DNA of 31,435 nucleotides from an uncultured Syntrophomonas sp. (GTDB lineage Bacteria; Bacillota; Syntrophomonadia; Syntrophomonadales; Syntrophomonadaceae): NCBI GenBank assembly GCA_964589135.1, contig CAZPSR010000002.1, positions 1 to 31,435 of the forward strand, read 5' to 3'. Shown piece by piece: positions 26,159 to 31,435 of this stretch (position 1 is its first letter; each line of letters starts with the position of its first letter). The notes under the pieces were generated by a model. It saw only the letters and a program-made list of their open reading frames with translations, ran no database searches and was not told where the DNA came from. The position numbers and the translations under genes were made by a program.

Positions 26159-26698
26159 ATGTTGAATTTGGAAGAGACTGCCTTGTTGATTGTTGATATA
26201 CAAGGGGAGCTGGCACGGACTGTGCATGAATCGCATCTGCTTTATGGTAACTGGAAGAAGCTTATTAAAGTCGCAAAACTCCTGGAAATGCCCATAGTTC
26301 TTCTCGAACAATATCCTAAAGGCTTAGGGCCGACGATTCCTGAGTTACGAGAACTCCTGGGTGACCAGCCTCCAATAGTAAAAACCACTTTTAATGCCTG
26401 TCTTAACGAGAAGTTTTTAGAAAAATTAAAAGAAACAGGTCGGCAACAGCTCCTAGTGGCTGGTATTGAAGCCCATGTTTGTGTTTATCAGACCGTGACC
26501 GGCTTGCTGGCCCATTCTTATCAGGTTTATATAGCCTCTGATGCGGTATCTTCTCGCAGCTCCTGGAACAGGAAAATGGCGTTGCAGAGAATGAGGGAAA
26601 TGGGGGCAGTAATCACTACTACCGAGATGGCTCTTTTTGAAATAATTAAGATTGCTGAGACAGACCTATTTCGGCAGTTTATCAAGATTGTGAAATAA
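26159..26698 (+). CDS. Isochorismatase-family (cysteine hydrolase, YcaC-like) protein, 179 aa
   Basis: LLIVDIQ, EQYPKGLGPT, KTTFNA, GIEAHVCVYQT (D-K-C triad), DAVSSR. RBS GGGGAGG. Confidence 0.9.
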   Translation: MLNLEETALLIVDIQGELARTVHESHLLYGNWKKLIKVAKLLEMPIVLLEQYPKGLGPTIPELRELLGDQPPIVKTTFNACLNEKFLEKLKETGRQQLLVAGIEAHVCVYQTVTGLLAHSYQVYIASDAVSSRSSWNRKMALQRMREMGAVITTTEMALFEIIKIAETDLFRQFIKIVK

Positions 26699-27038
26699 AT
26701 GGATTTATGGTTGATAGATATTGGCCTTTTTCTATGGGTGAAAATGGCCGGGCTCCCAAATAGCCTCCAGCCCTAAAATGGCAAATAAGCAGTATCAAGA
26801 GGGAGCGATTGTAAGCTGAAAATTGTTTTCGGAACGTCTGGCCCCGTTTCCCCATGCCCAGAATACTAGCTTGTGCTACCTGATTATGGGGGTTGACAAA
26901 AACTATCCAAGGGCATAAGGGAAAAGATATGCTTTGTGGCCCTTTTAGGACATGTTAAGCGGGAAAAGCTAGCGGATTATATGGACCAAAAAACATTTAG
27001 CCAACTAGATGCATTATCTGATAACGCTTTTATAACTA

Positions 27039-27047
27039 TGATATAAT
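27039..27047 (+). promoter_or_regulatory. Extended -10 element TGATATAAT upstream of DUF2294
   Basis: Consensus TGnTATAAT. Confidence 0.5.
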
Positions 27048-27051
27048 TTTG

Positions 27052-27097
27052 AAAAATCCGCTTTTGTGCTAATTTTAGTAGAAGAGCGGATTTTTTT
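27052..27097 (+). terminator. Long hairpin plus T7 between the putative promoter and the DUF2294 RBS
   Basis: AAAAATCCGCT...AGCGGATTTTT 11-bp perfect outer stem, extendable with G-U pairs, then a T-run. Confidence 0.65.
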
Positions 27098-27124
27098 GTA
27101 ATTATAGTGCGGGAGGGGGGTTAA

Positions 27125-27484
27125 GTGGCTCTGGATTTGCCCGGAAAAGATTCAACCCTATCGGAGCAAGATATCAGTCATGTGCTAAATGGATTAATGA
27201 AGAAGATCGTTGGGAAAGGCGGCGCCAATACGGAGATTCATTTTCTGGCCAAAATGATTCTGATCAAATCCTCTGGAGTACTGACAACCCAGGAAAAATT
27301 CTTATTGGATAATAATGGGGGATATGACCTAATTAAGCATTACCGCTGTAAAGCGTTGAAAGCAGGCCAATCGTATATTGCCGCAGAGATAAAAAAGAGT
27401 TTAAAAACCATAAATATCCTTGATATCTATTATGATATCAACGTGGAAAAAGACGCTGCGGTGATGGTACTCACCCTACAGTAA
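27125..27484 (+). CDS. DUF2294 (MpsC-like) family protein, 119 aa
   Basis: KKIVGKG..., GVLTTQEKFLL...GYDLIKHYR pattern. GGGAGG RBS before GTG. Confidence 0.7.
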   Translation: MALDLPGKDSTLSEQDISHVLNGLMKKIVGKGGANTEIHFLAKMILIKSSGVLTTQEKFLLDNNGGYDLIKHYRCKALKAGQSYIAAEIKKSLKTINILDIYYDINVEKDAAVMVLTLQ

Positions 27485-27609
27485 TAGCTGGGGTTAATTT
27501 AGAAAATGCTCGGTAAGTAAAGCAAGCGACCGGCTTGATAATCTACCCGCATGTGATACGACCTTTTCTGGCCTTTGCAAAAAGGAGGGAAAGGATATAT
27601 TGTTATTTG

Positions 27610-27638
27610 CCTTATTGGGGGTCAGACCCCGAGTTATT
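27610..27638. repeat. Family A palindrome, copy 8 (left arm degenerate)
   Basis: ...GGGGTC-A-GACCCCGAGTTATT, with the core and right arm intact. Confidence 0.8.
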
Positions 27639-27782
27639 TTATTGCAGAATGTTTGGCCTTTCCTGTTAGTCTATAGAAATTTCTGCGTATTGAGTATTAA
27701 AGGCTTACCTATTATCAGCCAAGGGCTATTGACCATAGTCATTGGCAGCAGAATTAGGATATGAAAAAGGAGAGTGGTTAAT

Positions 27783-29942
27783 TTGGTCACTAAGGGTTCC
27801 AAGTTTGTGGTTTGGGTTGTTTTAACGATGTTTATGGTGAGCATTGTACCAGCCATGGCTCTAGCTGAGAGCAGTCCGGGCATTACTCTGGAGCAGGCGG
27901 TTAAGAAAGTAAAAAGCCATTTTGAAGTACCTGCTGAGTATAAGGATTTTAGATCTGGTTTTGCTAATTACGATAACCGACAGCTATGGAATTTGAACTG
28001 GAGTGCAGTTCAGGAACCGGGGGGCAAAGGGGGCAGCTTCAATGCCCAGGTGGATGCCCAAACCGGTGAAATAGTAAGTATGTCAACCTGGCAGCAAGAT
28101 GGTCCGGATAAGAACCGGGAAGCCAAGATCAGCCCCTCTGAAGCCCGGGAGCTGGCAGCTGCTTTTTTAAATGAGGTATCTTCCCAGCGGGTGCCCTATC
28201 TGAAAGAGATGCCGGATAATCAAACCATGAATCTGAGCAGTTACGGTCCCAGTACTTATCAGATGCGTTGGCAGCGGGTAGAGAACCAGATCCCGGTGGA
28301 GGGCGATGGTGCTGAGGTAGAGATTAATTTAAGCAATGGGCAGGTATCCAGCTACAACTTGCGGTGGAGCAAATTAGAAATGCCTGATCCCAGCGGAATT
28401 ATCCCCCAGCAGGAAGCGGAACAGGCATTTAAGGAGGCTGAAATGCTGGAACTGCAATATTTACTGAATAACAGAATCCGGCCCTTAGCCTCGGATTCTG
28501 ACCAAAACCAGGTGGCCCTGGTTTATCGTTTGGTGCATAGGTCATCCGGGATTATCGATGCGATGACTGGTGAGCCCTGGGAGAGTGAGCAGCAATATTG
28601 GCTTAGAAATGAAGCGGCAATGGATGCAGCAGCAGGCGGGGCTGCGGAGAAATCAGCAATTGAATTAACCCCGGAGGAAGAGAGGGAGATAGGCCAGAAT
28701 GCGGATTTGCTAAGCCAAGATCAGGCAATGGCCGCTGTGATCAAGTGGATAAAGGTACCACCAGGAGCTCTGCTTCAATCAGCTAATCTGGAAAAAGACT
28801 GGCAGGACCCTAATCTGCGAGTTTGGGATATGCACTGGTCAACCCAAAAGAGTGAAGGCTATTCTTACTTATGGGCTCGGGTAAATGCGTCCACCGGAGA
28901 AGTACTGAGTTTTAACCTGAGTTATCCCCGTACCGGTAAGGAGAAATTCACTTTGGATAGTGAAGATGCCCGCCAAATTGCAGAAGCCTTTTTAAAGCAG
29001 ATACAGCCGGAACGTTTGGCCCAGGTCAGCTTCGAAGATAATCAGGAAAGCGGGATTAGACCGATACAAGCAGATGATAGCCCGATTTGGAGCCTGCAAT
29101 GGACCCGCCTGGTAAACGGGGTAAAATGTCCCAACAACGGATTTAATCTAAGTGTTGATCGCCATACCCGCCAAGTAGTATCTTTTACCTTAAATTGGTC
29201 GGAAAAGGACTTTCCTGCTCCAGATGGTGTTTTGAGCATGGATCAAGCAGAACAAAGGTTTCTGAATAATACTCCCCTTACCCTGGTTTATTCGCCGGTC
29301 TATGGACAGGATCGGGTGGAAAGCTTCCAGCTGTTTTATGCCCCTCGGGATCCCCAACAGAGAATAAACTCTGTTATTATGGATGCCTTTAATGGTGAGC
29401 CTCTGGATCGACAGGGAAAACCCTGGTCAGAAGAGCCCCAGCCTTACACTTATGACGATATAGCCGGACATTTTGCGGAGAAAGAGATCAGTATGGTAGG
29501 AAAAGCCGGGTTTATGGGGGAATATGCTAGTTCTTTTCATCCCCAGGAAAACATTAATGCTGCCTCTCTGTTCCGGGTTTTGATCGGGACTCGTAATGGC
29601 TTGCACAGTGTCCAAAATTACAGCGATGATGAGGTTTTAATCCAGGCCAGGAATATGGGGTGGTTAAAGGAGACTATCGCTAAAGATGCTCCAGTAAGCC
29701 GAAGTCTTCTGGCTAAAGTGCTTATCCGCTCCCTGGGATTGGATTACCTGGCCGAAGTCCCGGGGATCTACCGATATCCCTACCAGGATAAGGTGAGTTC
29801 CGATATGGAAGGCTATGCTACCCTTTGCTGGGGATTAGGGATTATTAAGGGTGATGGAAAGAATTTTAGCCCTGATAAACCGACCAGCCGGGCTGAAGCA
29901 GCCGTGGTGGCGGTTCGACTGCTCAGCCAGGGTAACAGGTAA
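27783..29942 (+). CDS. Secreted protein with repeated PepSY-like/YcdB-YcdC-type modules and C-terminal SLH domains (~719 aa)
   Basis: Signal peptide ending AMALA. Recurring W.L.W...VDA.TGE modules. YDDIAGHFAEKEI and SRAEAAVVAVRL SLH motifs. TTG 27783 is preferred over GTG 27774 on RBS spacing. Confidence 0.8.
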   Translation: MVTKGSKFVVWVVLTMFMVSIVPAMALAESSPGITLEQAVKKVKSHFEVPAEYKDFRSGFANYDNRQLWNLNWSAVQEPGGKGGSFNAQVDAQTGEIVSMSTWQQDGPDKNREAKISPSEARELAAAFLNEVSSQRVPYLKEMPDNQTMNLSSYGPSTYQMRWQRVENQIPVEGDGAEVEINLSNGQVSSYNLRWSKLEMPDPSGIIPQQEAEQAFKEAEMLELQYLLNNRIRPLASDSDQNQVALVYRLVHRSSGIIDAMTGEPWESEQQYWLRNEAAMDAAAGGAAEKSAIELTPEEEREIGQNADLLSQDQAMAAVIKWIKVPPGALLQSANLEKDWQDPNLRVWDMHWSTQKSEGYSYLWARVNASTGEVLSFNLSYPRTGKEKFTLDSEDARQIAEAFLKQIQPERLAQVSFEDNQESGIRPIQADDSPIWSLQWTRLVNGVKCPNNGFNLSVDRHTRQVVSFTLNWSEKDFPAPDGVLSMDQAEQRFLNNTPLTLVYSPVYGQDRVESFQLFYAPRDPQQRINSVIMDAFNGEPLDRQGKPWSEEPQPYTYDDIAGHFAEKEISMVGKAGFMGEYASSFHPQENINAASLFRVLIGTRNGLHSVQNYSDDEVLIQARNMGWLKETIAKDAPVSRSLLAKVLIRSLGLDYLAEVPGIYRYPYQDKVSSDMEGYATLCWGLGIIKGDGKNFSPDKPTSRAEAAVVAVRLLSQGNR

Positions 29943-29951
29943 CAGCTACAA

Positions 29952-29980
29952 AATAACTCGGGATCAGACCCCGAGTTATT
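29952..29980. repeat. Family A palindrome, copy 9
   Basis: AATAACTCGGGATC-A-GACCCCGAGTTATT. Confidence 0.92.
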
Positions 29981-30054
29981 TTATTGTCTGACGATGATTA
30001 TTTAAATCTACCACTAAGCCCCTGGGAGCACAAGATATGTTTATCAAGGTATAA

Positions 30055-30126
30055 GTCCAGGAAATCCCGCTAAGGACCAGGACCTGAGAAAGGAAATTTC
30101 GGGTTTCCCAGGTCTGGAATGAAGGA
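30055..30126 (+). ncRNA. Possible degenerate Moco/Tuco-like RNA motif (tentative)
   Basis: An 8-bp hairpin with a GAAA-containing loop followed by TTCCC-AGG-TCTGGAATG resembles the recalled 3' half of the Moco motif. The 5' half is poor and no Mo gene follows. Confidence 0.25.
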
Positions 30127-30524
30127 AACCTGGAGATCAAGAAAAAAATTACCATAATAAAGTGTTTATGCTCGGCCATTAATGGAGATAGGCTGTGCTG
30201 CCGATTTATTCACTATTAGCTTGTTTGCTTCAAATCAGAAAAGTAACTATCAGAGGAAATTTGTGCTACCATATATAAAATAACCCAAAAAGAAAAGAAA
30301 AAGTCGTTTTTACGAGGCTCTTTAGGAGAAGCCAGCATTTACTTAATAAAGGGACAATGTTACAATTTACTTATCTAATACCATAATAGCCATATTTATC
30401 TTAATCACTATGCTACTTTGTTACGGTGAAATAGGCGACATTAACGGGGAGGTGAAATTTCTTATTATCAGAGCATATGGCCATACATATATTGTAACTA
30501 ATGTGTTGAAAGGGAGGGAGATAA

Positions 30525-31435
30525 GTGCGAAAAAGTAAGAAAATAAGCAGTGCTATATTGCTAGTATTTTTAATTACTCTATTTGGAAGCTTCAGTGCCA
30601 GTGCTGCTGATCTTAGTGACATCAGCGGACACTGGGCCGAGAACGAGATCAAGGCCATGGTAAGCCAGGGTACAGTTACCGGTTATCCGGATAATACTTT
30701 TAAACCCAACAATACCATTAGCCGGGCTGAATTCATAACTATCATTAATAAAGCTTTTTCCTTTAACGAAACCGCGGAAATATCCTACACCGACGTAAAA
30801 CCGGGGGATTGGTTCGCTCCCCAGATCCAGAAAGCCCGGGCGGCCGGCTATATTGCTGGATATGAGGATAACACCATGCGACCCAACAACAAGATCAGTC
30901 GTCAGGAAGTGGCGGTAATCATTGGCAGAATACTTAATCTGGACAGTGATGCCGGCTTAACTGAGGTTGATCGCTTTAGCGATGCCACTGGTATCCCAGG
31001 CTGGAGCCGGGGTGCGGTGGGAGCAGTAATTGCAGCAGGTTATATGACCGGTTATCCGGACGGATCATTTAAAGCCGGAAACAACATTACTAGAGCAGAG
31101 GCAGTTGTGGTAGTAGGCAGATGCCTGGTTGCCGAAATATTCAGCCAAGCTGGAACCTACGGCCCGGCAACCGGTTCCCAGACCATTGACGGAAATGCTG
31201 TGATAAGTGCTTCCGGAGTAACTCTGCAGAATATGGTAATCAACGGTGATCTCACCATTGCCTCCAGCGTAGGTGAAGGCAGTTTTACCCTGAAGAATGT
31301 TACCGTAAAAGGCACCACCTATGTTAATGGGGGAGGAGCCAACAGCGGTACTCTGGATGGCTTCCAGGGTAAGATAGTGGTCAACAAACACGGAGTTAGA
31401 CTGATTGCGACCGGTTCAACATCAGTAAGCAGCAC
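30525..31435 (+). CDS. S-layer protein with 3 N-terminal SLH domains; runs off the window end (absent from the ORF track)
   Basis: GGGAGGGAG then GTG. MRKSKKISSAILLVFLITLFGSFSASA-ADLSDISGHWAENEIKAM...GYPDNTFKPNNTISRAEF...GYEDNTMRPNNKISRQE...GYPDGSFKAGNNITRAEA. No stop before the window edge. Confidence 0.9.
   Translation, partial: MRKSKKISSAILLVFLITLFGSFSASAADLSDISGHWAENEIKAMVSQGTVTGYPDNTFKPNNTISRAEFITIINKAFSFNETAEISYTDVKPGDWFAPQIQKARAAGYIAGYEDNTMRPNNKISRQEVAVIIGRILNLDSDAGLTEVDRFSDATGIPGWSRGAVGAVIAAGYMTGYPDGSFKAGNNITRAEAVVVVGRCLVAEIFSQAGTYGPATGSQTIDGNAVISASGVTLQNMVINGDLTIASSVGEGSFTLKNVTVKGTTYVNGGGANSGTLDGFQGKIVVNKHGVRLIATGSTSVSS

Noticed and set aside
17255-29980. Family A repeats as a CRISPR array or as integron attC sites
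   Set aside because: Repeats are separated by whole genes (0.7-2.7 kb), not 30-40-nt spacers, and no cas genes are present. Genes lie in both orientations, are housekeeping-type, and there is no integrase or attC-type R/L box asymmetry.
1047-31391. Numerous 60-200-aa ORFs in the track that overlap the large genes on the opposite strand or in another frame (e.g. 8417-9031, 10041-10514, 16642-17046, 19846-20253, 31065-31391)
   Set aside because: They are shadows of well-supported genes, with no RBS or family motifs.

Overview
Window from an anaerobic Firmicute (Clostridia-like; inferred from gene content, species not identifiable here). Left half (1-16.6 kb) is a cell-surface locus. It holds a 6.9-kb multidomain SLH protein gene and a convergent 5.7-kb BspA-type LRR/Ig/SLH gene. 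The latter is the last gene of a decaying cassette: a 56-aa ORF, a LemA-like membrane protein with a CTG start, and a collapsed SLH pseudogene. The cassette is transcribed divergently from a LytTR regulator and a frameshifted GHKL kinase, with a LytTR-type direct repeat in between. It is bracketed by two copies of a 25-bp motif that begins a group II intron-like relic. Right half (16.7-31.4 kb) is housekeeping-type: MoaE-like protein, acetyl-CoA hydrolase/CoA-transferase, metNIQ, XdhC C-terminal domain, GNAT-like protein, YgiQ radical SAM, DUF3298/DUF4163, isochorismatase-family hydrolase, DUF2294 and two more SLH proteins. Nine copies of a 29-bp odd palindrome (AATAACTCGGGGTC-W-GACCCCGAGTTATT) occupy most intergenic gaps of this half regardless of gene orientation. 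A second, smaller palindrome family (GTGCC-W-GGCAC-CAACTTAT) occurs three times. No CRISPR array, rRNA, tRNA, integrase, transposase or intact reverse transcriptase was seen. All product calls come from motif recognition by eye, without database searches.
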